Assembly (NCBI GenBank): GCA_046761065.1 | Contig: JBHIFL010000005.1 | Location: 1 to 64,000 of the forward strand | Reading direction: 5' to 3' | DNA length: 64,000 nt | Source: Candidatus Heimdallarchaeota archaeon | GTDB taxonomy: Archaea; Asgardarchaeota; Wukongarchaeia; Wukongarchaeales; JBHIFL01 | In this document: piece by piece, positions 1 to 10,819 of the stretch | Position numbering within the stretch: position 1 is the first letter of the stretch | How the letters are laid out: each line of letters opens with the position of its first letter | Position numbers and translations under genes: made by a program | The notes under the pieces: generated by a model | What the model saw: only the letters and a program-made list of their open reading frames with translations | Databases searched by the model: none | Told to the model about the DNA's origin: nothing

Positions 1-101
1 GCGAGGCGATCTGGGCGGATGGGCGGAAGGGGCTCTGTGCCCGGATCAATCCGCATGCGACCATTCCGGAGCGACGAGTGGTCTTGCGAAAAGTAATCTA
101 G
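1..101 (+). repeat. Phosphoesterase 3'-end repeat, copy 1 (cut by window edge)
   Basis: Reads EAIWADGRKGLCARINPHATIPERRVVLRKVI*; homologous to copies ending at 2556, 10819, 13476, 15600, 17147. Confidence 0.9.
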
Positions 102-463
102 GGAGAAGTTAGGAGGGTGGAAGAGGAACGGAAAGAAAATTATTAAGAGGTAGATCATACACAGGAGGAGATTGTACGGTGAGAAAAAGGCTAGCACATT
201 ACGAATCATTGCAGAGAACGTATGCTGTTCAATCATCGTTCCTATTCCCTAAGTTCAATCCATTCTATATGCAGAAGGAGTCAGTGATGGCAGGTCACCC
301 GTTGTGGGTGAACCGAAAAGTAAACCATACATTGGAATAAAGCGATGAAGGAGGTTTAAACAGAATATTTTGAGTATTATGATACTATCCAATCTTTAAG
401 AAGGAAAGAAACGTTTAATAAAAAGTTTATTACATCATATTCAAACTGGAGAGTTGAGAGTAG

Positions 464-1483
464 ATGGGCCGAAATGAAAGAATGCAACTCATCCGTGCTA
501 TTGAGGAAGAAAGAAATTCACGAATGCTTGTATATCTTGCAGGCGATCGGAGAGGTTTGGAAACAAAAATTGCTGCAGATATCTTCCCTTTTATTTTAAA
601 CCATCTATCAAGGATGGATCGCCAAGAAACGATAGATCTATATATCTACAGTACTGGGGGAGTGACAATGGCTGGTTACGCCCTCGTAAATCTCATTCGC
701 GAATTTTGCAACACCCTAAATGTTATCATCCCCTTCAAAGCGTTGAGTTGCGCAACCCTCATTGCCTTAGGAGCAGACAGTCTAATTATGACCGAGATGG
801 GACAGCTGAGTCCAATTGATCCATCTGTTAATTCACCCCTTGGTCCTCGTGCTCCAGCGCCTGGGCCCCCGGGAGCATCTAGGGTTATCCCTGTAAATGT
901 CGAAGATGTTGTTAGCTACTTGGACCTTGCCAGAAAAGAGTTAGGAATAGCGGATGAGGAATCCCTAACAGCGGTCTTTGATCACCTAGCAGAAGCTGTT
1001 CATCCGCTAACGCTTGGAGCTGTTAACAGAGTACGGGAACAAATAGCGTTTCTAGCCAAAACTTTGCTATCATATCATCTAGATGACCAAGAGCAAATTG
1101 AGAAGATAGTTAATATCATCACTACAGGTCGCTTTTCGCATGATTACTTGATTGGGCGGAAGGAGGCAAAGGAAACTCTTGGTCTGAATATCATTGACGT
1201 ACCAACAGATCTCGCTGAGAAAATCTTTAAATTATATCGTGAATATGATCAGGTAATTGAATTGAGTGTACCATATCATCCTGAAACTGTACTTACCACA
1301 ACTGATGTGGCGGTTGGAACTTTTAATCGTGCAATTATTGAATCAATTGATATGACTCATGTCTTCCGCACAATAAAAGAGGTAACAAGAGTTGAAGTTG
1401 GCCCCCCACAAATTCCTGTTCCAACTGTGGGCTATCAAGAACGTATAATAAGTGAAAAATGGGTGGAAGACAACACGATTTAG
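464..1483 (+). CDS. SDH-family ClpP-fold serine protease
   Basis: LYIYSTGG, ALSCATLIALGAD...GQLSPIDP and SHDYLI motifs typical of SDH_sah/ClpP-like proteins. Confidence 0.8.
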   Translation: MGRNERMQLIRAIEEERNSRMLVYLAGDRRGLETKIAADIFPFILNHLSRMDRQETIDLYIYSTGGVTMAGYALVNLIREFCNTLNVIIPFKALSCATLIALGADSLIMTEMGQLSPIDPSVNSPLGPRAPAPGPPGASRVIPVNVEDVVSYLDLARKELGIADEESLTAVFDHLAEAVHPLTLGAVNRVREQIAFLAKTLLSYHLDDQEQIEKIVNIITTGRFSHDYLIGRKEAKETLGLNIIDVPTDLAEKIFKLYREYDQVIELSVPYHPETVLTTTDVAVGTFNRAIIESIDMTHVFRTIKEVTRVEVGPPQIPVPTVGYQERIISEKWVEDNTI

Positions 1484-1533
1484 AGAAAAGTTAAAAAAAG
1501 GAAAGGACCTAAATTAAGGTAGGGGATCTGAAA

Positions 1534-1812
1534 ATGGCCGATGAAAAAATTATTGAGAATCCAGAACAAGGAACTGCGGGCTTAACTTCTGCGCTCCAAC
1601 TAACCAACACAACAAGTGCTATTAGTTATGCTAGTGACGCTTGTTCCGATTCCACAGAACTATTGATAATCATTCCTGCAACAAAAGAAGAACACATTCA
1701 GTTTCCCCAAAAACCAGAACCATATCTCTCGCGAAGGCAAAAGTTCAGAAAAGCTCTGGAAGAATCTTCAAAAAGAAACAAAGATATTTTTGAGGAGCTT
1801 GCAAAGTACTAG
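1534..1812 (+). CDS. Putative antitoxin of the downstream Doc toxin
   Basis: Small ORF directly upstream of Fic/Doc; C-terminal helix KRNKDIFEELAK resembles Doc antidote tails. Confidence 0.45.
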   Translation: MADEKIIENPEQGTAGLTSALQLTNTTSAISYASDACSDSTELLIIIPATKEEHIQFPQKPEPYLSRRQKFRKALEESSKRNKDIFEELAKY

Positions 1813-1822
1813 TGAATTTGAA

Positions 1823-2227
1823 ATGATCTATTTGACTAAAGAGGAACTAATAGAAATTCATGATCAACTCATCAAGCAATTTGGAGGCAGTTCAGGTATA
1901 CTGGCCCCAGAAAAGATTGAGCTATGTATCAAAGCTCCTCGTCGTATTATTTTTGGAACTATGGTTTATGAGACCGTATTTATGAAGGCTGCGGCTCTAA
2001 TCTACGAAGTCTGCAAACTACATCCTTTTGTTGATGGAAATAAGAGAACCGGCTATGGAGCAGCAGATGTGTTTTTACGATTGAATGGATATATCTTGAG
2101 AGCTGATAAAGACGAGGCAGTAAAAAAAACTATAGCAATAGCAAGGTGCACCATGGATCGTGATGCGACTGCTGAATGGATAATTGCTCACGTGCAAAAA
2201 AATTTCGATGGTTTGTCTGAAGATTGA
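1823..2227 (+). CDS. doc: Fic/Doc family toxin
   Basis: HPFVDGNKRT Fic motif; MIYLT..ELIEIH..LI..FGG N-terminus; start placed at ATG 1823. Confidence 0.9.
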   Translation: MIYLTKEELIEIHDQLIKQFGGSSGILAPEKIELCIKAPRRIIFGTMVYETVFMKAAALIYEVCKLHPFVDGNKRTGYGAADVFLRLNGYILRADKDEAVKKTIAIARCTMDRDATAEWIIAHVQKNFDGLSED

Positions 2228-2406
2228 ACCTTGAATAAGTAAAAAACGCTAGTTCTTGCTATTAATATCAAGCAAAACCGTAAGAAGAGTATTATTGCTA
2301 CTTTGGCAATGAACATTATGTTGAAGGGTTAAATAAAGGATACTCCATCTGACAATCGGGAGTTTGAAATGGCTCTTTCAGAGGAGGAATTGTATCTTTT
2401 CTTGAG

Positions 2407-2556
2407 GAAGTGTGTAGCACGACCGATCGAGTTGTGCGGGTTGGGGTCATGGCGGACGAGGCGATCTGGGCGGATGGACGGATGGAGCTCTGTGCCCGGA
2501 TCAATCCGCATGCGACAATTCCGGAGCGCACCGTGTGGTTGAGAAAAGTGATCTAG
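2407..2556 (+). repeat. Phosphoesterase 3'-end repeat, copy 2
   Basis: Ends ...CGLGSW..EAIWADG...ERTVWLRKVI* (aaagtgatctag). Confidence 0.9.
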
Positions 2557-2673
2557 GAGAGGTTTGGAGGATTAGGGAGGGACGTACCGCAAGAAAAGGT
2601 GTTCACGGAGAACCTTAGGAGTCTCGCTGGAAGGTGGTAAATCATTATTTTATCAGCCATATAGGTAGGCGGT

Positions 2674-2849
2674 ACGCAGTCAACTATCACGCAGTCAACT
2701 ATCACCATGCGGTGAACTGGCTCAAGAAGGCTTGTGCTGCATACTTAGTCGCCGATCGCCAAGCGGAGTGGGATAAATACTTGGCTGATCTCCTCACCCA
2801 GCACAAGCGCAAGTACAAACTGGTACCGATGTTAAAGGAGTTGCAGTAA
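2674..2849 (+). pseudogene. C-terminal fragment resembling SWIM zinc-finger family proteins
   Basis: YHHAVNWLKKA...W..YL..L...HKRKYKLVPML; 5' part missing; preceded by a 15-bp tandem duplication ACGCAGTCAACTATC. Confidence 0.5.
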
Positions 2850-3015
2850 ACTCAAGAGAGTAGAAATCCCTCCACGGAGCGCACCGGGATGCAGATAAGA
2901 GGCAGACGCTTGAGCGCCTGTGGAACTTTGCCAGGTGTTCAAATAAAAGTCTTATAGCACCATAGTTTCAAACCAATCTCCTTTTTCCATATCCTTCCTT
3001 TGTTGGAGAAAGATG

Positions 3016-3090
3016 ATTTGGATAACGTATTATCCAAATTTTTTAGAATATGGATATTCTATTATCCAAAAATTCAATAATATGGATAAT
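3016..3090. promoter_or_regulatory. Repeated palindromic operator-like sites upstream of the AAA ATPase
   Basis: ATTTGGATAA-CGTA-TTATCCAAAT (3016-3039), TGGATAT-TCTA-TTATCCA (3051-3068), half-site TGGATAAT (3083). Confidence 0.5.
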
Positions 3091-3103
3091 GAATTAGCCA
3101 AAT

Positions 3104-4609
3104 ATGGTGAGAATTAGCGAGATCGTAAGCCAAAATCCTTGGTGGAAACACGAGAAAGGCTTCGTCCGTTACGATAGACTCTTTTCCAAAGCTCGAGATA
3201 ACCTTATTTTCTTTACAAGAAGGAGTTTTGAGATCATTAAAGAGAATATCTATGTTATTAGAGGATGTAGACAAATTGGTAAAACAACCTATCTTAAAGA
3301 ACAAATAAGACGTTTAATTAATGCTGGTTTTGAGCCTCAAAAAATCTTGTATCTCTCTTTGGATTTCTTCATTTCAAGAAGGGAATTAAGGAATGCTGTG
3401 AGCTATTTCCTTGACATCAACCGGGAGGCGGAGGAGCTTTACATTTTCTTGGACGAGATAACAAGTGTACAGGATTGGAACCTTGAATTAAAGTATTTTT
3501 CGGATTCGGGCGCCATAAAGAGAGCAAAAATTATAGCTACGGGTTCCAGCGGTGCAGCCTTGAGGCGAAGAGGCGAGCTCTTACCGGGAAGAGGGTTAGA
3601 GGGTAACGAATATCATCTAAGACCTTTGAGCTATAGAGAATTCGTCTTGCAGACGATAGAGTACATAGTGCCCTATGTCCACGAAAAGGAGTTTCGTGCG
3701 TCCCTGGATCGCTTAAAAACGAGTCTTCCTGAGGCCACCATCGTCTTAGACTGGGATCTGGATAGAATATACAAACAAGTGAGTCGAATCACTCCTTTCA
3801 AAAAGGAGTTAGAATACCTTCTGAGAATTTACCTCACCACCGGGGGCTTCCCACAAACCGTAAACAATTATTTGAGAAGCAAATTTACCGAAGAGAAGGA
3901 AGTGATTGATCCCGATTTGGTAGAAATATTCGTTAGAAACGTGGTAGGAGACGTGACAAAGCAGGGGAAACAAGAGGCATTTGTCCGCCAGCTCCTCCAA
4001 GAAATTATCGATAAATATGGAACACGATACAGCTTTAGAAAGCTCGCGAAGGATGTCGGGATCACCCACTCCACAACAATCGAATATTTGGAATTGTTGC
4101 AGGAGTCCTTTGTTTTTACCGTACTGTATTCCTATGACTTCAACAAGAAAGCCATCAAATTCCGCGGCGCCAAGAAAATTTATCTCCAGGACACCTTCAT
4201 CTACTTTTCCTTGGCGAGTTTTCTGACCGGCCGGGACCTCAATGACATCATTGCTGAAACGCTGCAAAATGAAGAATCATTAAGCAAAATAGTCGAGAGC
4301 GTCGTCTGTTCCCATTTAATAATGAACCGAGAACGACCAATTTTAAGGGAGCCCAACACATTTCTCTGGTTCTACTATGAGGCAAGAGGCAAGGAAATCG
4401 ACTATATATTATTAAGATCCGATGCATCTTACTTAGGACTCGAGGTAAAATACCAAAGTCATGTAAGTTTTAAAGATATTTCGACGGTCTCTCCAGTCAA
4501 ACAATACATAATTCTCAGCAAAGAAGACATCAGCAAAGAGGAAGACGTTCTGATGGTGCCTATAGAGCTTTTTCTAGCCTTACTAGAAACATCTAGCAAC
4601 AATTTATAA
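3104..4609 (+). CDS. AAA_14 / DUF4143 ATPase
   Basis: QNPWW, Walker A GCRQIGKT, Walker B IFLDEI, TGSS, GGFP, C-terminal EIDY...EVK. Confidence 0.9.
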   Translation: MVRISEIVSQNPWWKHEKGFVRYDRLFSKARDNLIFFTRRSFEIIKENIYVIRGCRQIGKTTYLKEQIRRLINAGFEPQKILYLSLDFFISRRELRNAVSYFLDINREAEELYIFLDEITSVQDWNLELKYFSDSGAIKRAKIIATGSSGAALRRRGELLPGRGLEGNEYHLRPLSYREFVLQTIEYIVPYVHEKEFRASLDRLKTSLPEATIVLDWDLDRIYKQVSRITPFKKELEYLLRIYLTTGGFPQTVNNYLRSKFTEEKEVIDPDLVEIFVRNVVGDVTKQGKQEAFVRQLLQEIIDKYGTRYSFRKLAKDVGITHSTTIEYLELLQESFVFTVLYSYDFNKKAIKFRGAKKIYLQDTFIYFSLASFLTGRDLNDIIAETLQNEESLSKIVESVVCSHLIMNRERPILREPNTFLWFYYEARGKEIDYILLRSDASYLGLEVKYQSHVSFKDISTVSPVKQYIILSKEDISKEEDVLMVPIELFLALLETSSNNL

Positions 4610-4869
4610 AGAACATAGACTAATTAACTGTATTTACTTCTTTTCTAACCCCAATTAATCAATTGATGACATATTTCTAACCATAAATCATCCATCTGAG
4701 GGTATCTCAGTATTTTCATCAACTTTTTCTCACATCCATCAAATCCTATATCACGATGATCGAATACGAGAAAACGGTTTGATACCCGAGGTTCTCCTCA
4801 TGGACCCAGTGGGTTGCATTAAGCCGCCCCATTTCCAACCTTCTTTCTTATTAAGATGATTCGCCAAGT

Positions 4870-4963
4870 GGATCGAGACGTTGACCAGAATGAACCGAGT
4901 GGGATTGAAAAAGCGCCCTGAAGACAAACAAGCAAAAGGAAGAGACGATACGTGCCCAATTAA
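4870..4963. repeat. ~95-bp diverged dispersed repeat, copy A (partner at 7315-7408)
   Basis: Both copies share GGATCGAGA..CAGAATGA.CCGA.TGGGATTG...CCTGAAGACAAA...AGACGATACG.GCCCAATTA. Confidence 0.75.
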
Positions 4964-5521
4964 CTTCTTGGTTTTACAAAGCAAAGATGACAGGAAGGAG
5001 AACACGAAGGAGGAGGAAGAGAAGATGGAGCACGGCGATGATACTGACTGAGACAACGAGGACGACGAAGAGGAGTCGGTTATTCGGTTTCCCCTCAAGG
5101 AAAGGAGGGTTAGGGGATTGCCGAAGGATCCAGCCAGCGCCCCGGCTGAAATTCGCATAAGCAAAAAGATCGACAAGCAAGGGAATGAAGCCATGGAACA
5201 GACGAAACAGTCAGGAAGAGAATGGGATTCTTATCTAATAGAGCCTATAAGTTTCGTGGCTCGCTTGAGGGCCTGAGCACAGCCATAAAGGAGCAATCCA
5301 ACAGCGAGAAAAAGGAAAAGTTTATAGAGGCGAGGAAAGACAGGGCGTAGTCGAGAGAGATGAGATTGACGTAAACCAGTTTCCTAGGGTGCATATCCGA
5401 ACACAAGGCAAGTCCCTCTCTCAAACACTTCGGAATATTTTGGACTCACGCTCAATCTGTCCATAAGATTGATAAACAGGAAGCTTAGTAAAGGAGTTTC
5501 GAGAAAAAAAAGGCGAAGAGA

Positions 5522-6610
5522 ATGAGCTGGGACGAATTCTGGGCGCAATTTGAAGCAGCGGACTATGGGGAGAAGCTCTCAATTTCTCACGAATATCTTA
5601 ACGGTGTCGATGCAACTAGAAACATGGTCTTCGAAATGCTCTCGGTGCTGCTGACCGAAACTAGAACGAGAGGGGACTATGAGACCTTCGCCGAGCTGGT
5701 TGAGCGCGTGAAAACCATGCATCCCGGGATATACAAGGAGGATGCGGTCTTTTACAGCATGTTCTTGGTGGAGAACATGGCCCTAGAAGGGGAATTCAAA
5801 GACCTCGCGATTGTCTTGGAGCCCTTCGCTCAAGACCCCGAGGCAATTGACGAGTTCATCCGGGTCATCGAACTCTTGATGTACCACTCACGTACGGAAC
5901 CACTCCTCGAGGTTATGAAGGAGGTCTATCCGAAGGTCATGCGTTCTGATGAAATCATTCCTCCGGGGAAGGACGAGTTCGCCTACCGCCTAGGTATGTT
6001 CATAATATTCAAGGGACTGGAGAAAGGTGTAGATCGGAACACGATTCATAGCGAGGTTGCCAATTATTGGAGTGCGGTATCCAAGACCTACGTAAAAGAT
6101 CTAGTTGCGAGGCTGCAGGGTGAGATTTCGGAGAGCTGGCGTCGAGAGGAGTTCATCAAAGGCATTTTGAAGAAGAAGGAGATAGCGGAGAAAATCCTCA
6201 ATCTGACCCTAGACTATATGCGCAGGTTAACTGAAAGGGGCATGAGCTTCAGTAGGGCATTGCTCGCGAGGGATTCCCTGGTGGAATACCTCTTAGGACG
6301 TGAGCATTACCCGCGCGTTAAAAAAGGCGGGCATTTACTCCTCCCGATGAAGGCACCCCTCGACAGGCACTTCGCAAACTACCTGAGCTTCCTGAATCAC
6401 CTACCCTATCGCGTCGCAAGCCTGATAGAAGCATTACCCGGATACTACGAGTACCTCATCGACAACGGGCTGATAGATGAGACAGAATTCAGGAGGAAGC
6501 TAAAAGCCATTAAATCGTTGAAGGAGGACGTCATGAACTATTTTAGTAGCGCATCCGACTTGGAAAAAGAGATCCTCAGCGACATAGAAGCCGCTTGGAG
6601 GGAATATTGA
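5522..6610 (+). CDS. Hypothetical alpha-helical protein
   Basis: 362-aa ORF with protein-like composition; no recognised motif. Confidence 0.7.
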   Translation: MSWDEFWAQFEAADYGEKLSISHEYLNGVDATRNMVFEMLSVLLTETRTRGDYETFAELVERVKTMHPGIYKEDAVFYSMFLVENMALEGEFKDLAIVLEPFAQDPEAIDEFIRVIELLMYHSRTEPLLEVMKEVYPKVMRSDEIIPPGKDEFAYRLGMFIIFKGLEKGVDRNTIHSEVANYWSAVSKTYVKDLVARLQGEISESWRREEFIKGILKKKEIAEKILNLTLDYMRRLTERGMSFSRALLARDSLVEYLLGREHYPRVKKGGHLLLPMKAPLDRHFANYLSFLNHLPYRVASLIEALPGYYEYLIDNGLIDETEFRRKLKAIKSLKEDVMNYFSSASDLEKEILSDIEAAWREY

Positions 6611-6664
6611 GGGGATGGTGTGCTTTCCCTTGATCACACGATTAACAACAAAAAAGATCAAGAA

Positions 6665-6841
6665 TTAGTGTTTTTCCTGTTCTTTCTCGTGCTTTGCTTT
6701 CTCATCAAGTACTGTCTCTAGGGCTGCATCCAAATATTCGAAAAGGCCTTCCCAGTCATCAATAATGCCTGATCTTTAATGTTTCAGAAATTTTTACTTT
6801 ATTTATTCAAACTAAGACATTCAAACCACTTTCTTCGCAAC
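6665..6841 (-). pseudogene. Degraded copy of the JAB-protein tail (VAKKVV*) plus its ~52-aa partner gene
   Basis: MS*FE*IK*KFLKH*RSGIIDDWEGLFEYLDAALETVLDEKAKHEKEQEKH*, homologous to 19233-19403. Confidence 0.7.
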
Positions 6842-7001
6842 CCTCTTGTTTTTTTCTCGTTCTTGTTCGTGTCCCTTTCCATGTCCTTACGTTTCATGCC
6901 ATCCTCGAGGGATTTGTCCTCATCATTGTTACGGATGGATCACAAAGCGGTTCAATCCTTAGGGTTTCATTGGTGGCTATAGCTATTCTGGGTTGGAGTA
7001 T

Positions 7002-7215
7002 GTGAACTACTCCGCCACAAGGGACGGGGCTTCATCCCTTGCACGCTGCACCACTACCAAGTTCCTTTGGGGGACGATGTTCACTGGGGAGGTTCTGGGG
7101 GGTTCACGGCTCCCCCTGCGGCTCAGCATGTAGCCGAGCAGCCTGGCTCCAATGTGGATGGTGGCATTCAAATCGCGATTATAGTTTGACCCATATACAC
7201 ACACGAATCTTATTT
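7002..7215 (-). mobile_element. IS200/IS605 remnant: tnpB 3' end and right end
   Basis: FVC...NRDLNATIHI (RuvC-III-like) and terminal hairpin GAAGCCCCGTCCCTTGTGGCGGAGTAGTTCAC. Confidence 0.8.
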
Positions 7216-7314
7216 TGCTCACCTTGCTATAGTTGCAGGATCCGAGTATATAATCACAATTGGCAACTTGCGAGTCAAAGATTCTGCTACGCGTTTATCA
7301 CACCTGTCTCCAAA

Positions 7315-7408
7315 GGATCGAGATGTCCAGCAGAATGATCCGATTGGGATTGTAATAGCGGCCTGAAGACAAAAATGCAGCAAGAATAGACGATACGCGC
7401 CCAATTAC
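7315..7408. repeat. ~95-bp diverged dispersed repeat, copy B
   Basis: Homologous to 4870-4963. Confidence 0.75.
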
Positions 7409-7659
7409 ATTAATATCGATCTTGCCATAATTTATTCCTGCCATTAACGAGTTCCGAAGCAAATTATCGAGTTTGTCGGAATCCAATTGGCTTGATATGA
7501 TTTGATTGTGTACCATTGATTCATTGTTACTCGATCTTGTCGACGCATTGGGAATTAAAGGGGAGATTATATATTTTTCCCTATTCATTAGTAAATTGTC
7601 AAGAAATTCTAATAAAAAAGGAAAAAATTATAAAACAAATTAAATCTATTGTTCAATAG

Positions 7660-8898
7660 GTGCAGGAAATGGACCGAGCTCTAGAGGCATATGTTTCCCG
7701 GAACATTCGAACCATTTTCGGAGAATACTCGCTCGTAGCCGTAAATGAGGGCTTGCCGGGTCGAATTAGAATAGATTTTCACTTCAAAAAGCAGGATGGA
7801 ACCGACGTATTCATTGAAGTTTCTACCCGGAAAATAGGGCGAACCAAACTTGGGAGCATAATTGCCATGTATTCGGCAATAGCCAGTATGGAGCCACCAC
7901 TTAAGAAGTTTGAAATGATTGTGATAGGACCCGAGGTGGGGGCATCTGCAAAAAAAGAACTCGAGAGACTCCCAATAAAGGTACTGACATACGAACAAGT
8001 CGGAATAATGCGTCAAAAGCATCTGGAAATGCGGGGAGAAGAGTGGCGACGACAAGAGAGACCGCAGGAGAAGGCACCATTGGCACCGGACGAGGCCAAG
8101 CTGGTAGCTAGATGGGAAGCTGAGAAGAAAACGACGATTCGCGCTTCGGAAGTACAGGTGGCTCTGGGTTGCACCCGGAATTACGCGCGGGGCCTTCTTT
8201 ACAATCTTGAACGCAAGGGCTGGGTGGAACGAATCACGCGAGGGCTCTATCAATTTATCCCGCTAAGCTATGGATTTCCGAAAAAAATGCCTCCGTCAAA
8301 TGCGTTCGCAATAGGGGCGGCGCTCGTAGAACCGTACTATTTCAGCTACTATACCGCGAATAGCCACTATGGATTCACAACGCAGATACCGTTTACGATC
8401 TTCATTGCAACGACTAAGAAGAAGCCGGAAGTTGAATGGGCGAGCAGTACATTCAAATTTGTCACCCTCACCGAGCGAAAATTCTTCGGATACAGGCGAG
8501 AAAAGGTCTTCGATAGGGAGGTGAATATGGCTGAGCCGGAGAAATCCTTGGTAGACTCATTTGACAAGCCAAGATATAGTGGCGGCATAGAACAGCTGGT
8601 CAGGATCACGTGGCGTGGGCTTCGCAGAATAAACCCGGAAAAGCTTGTGGACTATGCAATAAAGATGAGATCGCATGCGCTAGTCCAGAGAATGGGGTTC
8701 ATTATTGACTTTCTGGCAAGGGAAGGACTAATAGAACCATTCCATCGCAGTCTCCGAGATGAGCTTCTAGCCCATGTTGGAAAGGGAATAATATATCTGG
8801 ATTCGCGAAAGCCAAAGACGGGGAGATTCAGAAAAGAATGGAAAATAATGAACAACGTCCCAAAGTCCCAGCTACTGAGCGAAATCGAGGTAAGGTGA
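7660..8898 (+). CDS. Type IV TA antitoxin AbiEi with an extra N-terminal restriction-endonuclease-fold-like domain
   Basis: wHTH LERKGWVERITRGLY, YFSYYTA...YGFT.QIP, EPEKSLVD; N-terminal IDFHF...VFIEVS. Confidence 0.8.
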   Translation: MQEMDRALEAYVSRNIRTIFGEYSLVAVNEGLPGRIRIDFHFKKQDGTDVFIEVSTRKIGRTKLGSIIAMYSAIASMEPPLKKFEMIVIGPEVGASAKKELERLPIKVLTYEQVGIMRQKHLEMRGEEWRRQERPQEKAPLAPDEAKLVARWEAEKKTTIRASEVQVALGCTRNYARGLLYNLERKGWVERITRGLYQFIPLSYGFPKKMPPSNAFAIGAALVEPYYFSYYTANSHYGFTTQIPFTIFIATTKKKPEVEWASSTFKFVTLTERKFFGYRREKVFDREVNMAEPEKSLVDSFDKPRYSGGIEQLVRITWRGLRRINPEKLVDYAIKMRSHALVQRMGFIIDFLAREGLIEPFHRSLRDELLAHVGKGIIYLDSRKPKTGRFRKEWKIMNNVPKSQLLSEIEVR

Positions 8899-8904
8899 GT
8901 TGAA

Positions 8905-9798
8905 TTGCTGGAGAGAAACCACGTTGCGTTTTATGCGAGGACCAGCGGAGTTCGGGAGGAGATTGCCAAACGAGACGTGGTTCTAACGTATGTGTTACGG
9001 ATCCTGTTGGACAGTATATTGCCACATCTCGCGTTAAAGGGTGGGACCTGGTTTAAAAAAACATACTTCGGCAAAACTGGGAGATTTTCAATGGATCTTG
9101 ACTTTACAAGCGTGGACCTAAGCTGTGAGAAACTCCAAAGTCGGATTCAGGATTCACTGGACAATAAAACGAGCTACGAGTTGGATTTTAAGATAGTCGA
9201 AGAAAATTTGCGACCTGACGCGTATCTGGCTGTAGTTAGATATGCACATCATTGGAACGAGGGCTCCCAGTTCGAGCTCCAAGTCAGTTGCCGAGAGAAG
9301 CCGCTCTTGGAAGCAGTTAAATAGCGGCTTATCGACGAGATGTACTGGAAATACTGTGTCCATGAGTTTCAAAGATTTTCGGTTTGGTGCCTGCAAAAAG
9401 AAGAGGCTCTTGCCGAAAAGATCAGGGCAGCATTCCAAAGGATGCGAAGCAGGGACTTGTACGACCTTTACCTATTTACCGAAGTACCCCATGATAAGGA
9501 TGCTGTAAAGACATTGGTGGTCATAAAATGCTGGAATGCTAGAGTCGTGTTTGATCCCGGAACACTTCTGGACAAAATAGTGAATGCGGGTCAGGATTGG
9601 GACAATCTACAAAGGCTTGTCCGGAGGGGGAGTCTCCCTTCACGAGATGAAGTAATCCCCGCAGTATTGAACCACTATGGATTCTTAGAAAATTTGGATA
9701 AACAACTTATTAAAGTCGTAATAGACTCTAAGGCGCACCGAGAGCGCAAACTTGTAGAAAAACTTGTTTTGGACTTATCAAGGCAGTTTGGAGCATAA
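8905..9798 (+). pseudogene. AbiEii nucleotidyltransferase toxin with one in-frame TAG at 9322-9324
   Basis: LKGGT, RFSMDLDF, AEKIRA, RDLYD motifs; the two ORF halves share one frame. Confidence 0.85.
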
Positions 9799-10164
9799 AA
9801 TGTTTTTTCCATTTAAGCTAAGGCAAAAACGGAGGATAGCTAAAACAAGAAGGTCAAGATCTGGTACATGTTTCAGTTCACTCTTTCAGAGAAAAGGAGC
9901 CAACCCCATTGGGAAATCGTGAAACGTGCGATCATGAGAGAACCAAAGGCAGAATTGTATGTAAGGACTCTCCTAGGGGATATTGTTCGGGCTATCACTT
10001 ATCAATGAGGTGTTTTAAGCTGGTCAAGGTACCCAGCCCGTGGTTGCTTGGCTCCTAAGCAACTGTAGTCTTCGAACTAAGACCTGTGGTCTTTCTACGA
10101 AACGAAAGTTACCATCCAAGCGATGTGAAGCAAGTGATGGAGGTATTAAGGGAGACGGTGGACC

Positions 10165-10819
10165 ATGGTTAGAGAGTTGAGCTATAAGATAGGGATCTGC
10201 ACATTGGAAATCCCAAGTCGCAGTGGCGGTTAGCGCTCGCCTATCTGCGAACCATCCGGAAGCCGAAGTCCCAATTAGTGATTTTCAACGGCGACACCTT
10301 TGAATGCCGATATGCGGAACACAATCTGGAGGAAGCCTAAGAGGACTTCCAAGATTTCTGTGAGACCCTAAACACGATAGGGCTCTTGACGCGGACGGTA
10401 TTTGTAAGGGGAAATCACGACAGCGCGGTGGAGGAGGTGGACGAGTGGGGGGATGGGGTGGTCGAGTCCCATGTCCTGGTGTGGTGTGGGGACTGCGATG
10501 TGCTAGTGATCCATGGGGATGGGGTGAGGCTCGAAGCGGCGGTGAACAAATATGGCGGGGCTAACACGAAAACCCTCATAGAGGTGAGGCAAGGGTTAAT
10601 TGAGAAGGGCCACCTGCGATTCCCAGCCATCACCGAAAAGGACTGGTTGATGACAAGCCATTTCGATAGTGGGATGTGCAACGCCACGTATCAGGTGTGT
10701 GGTTGGGGTCATGGTGGGGCGAGGCGATCTGGGCGGATGGGCGGAAGGGGCTCTGTGCCCGGATCAATCCGCAGACGAAAATTCCGGAGCGACGAGTAGT
10801 CTTACGAAAAGTGATCTAA
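10165..10819 (+). pseudogene. Calcineurin-like metallophosphoesterase, full-length but disrupted (repeat copy 3)
   Basis: DLHIG, FNGD, GNHD, IHGD, SHFD motifs; frameshift near 10192, TAA at 10338-10340, frameshift near 10702. Confidence 0.85.
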
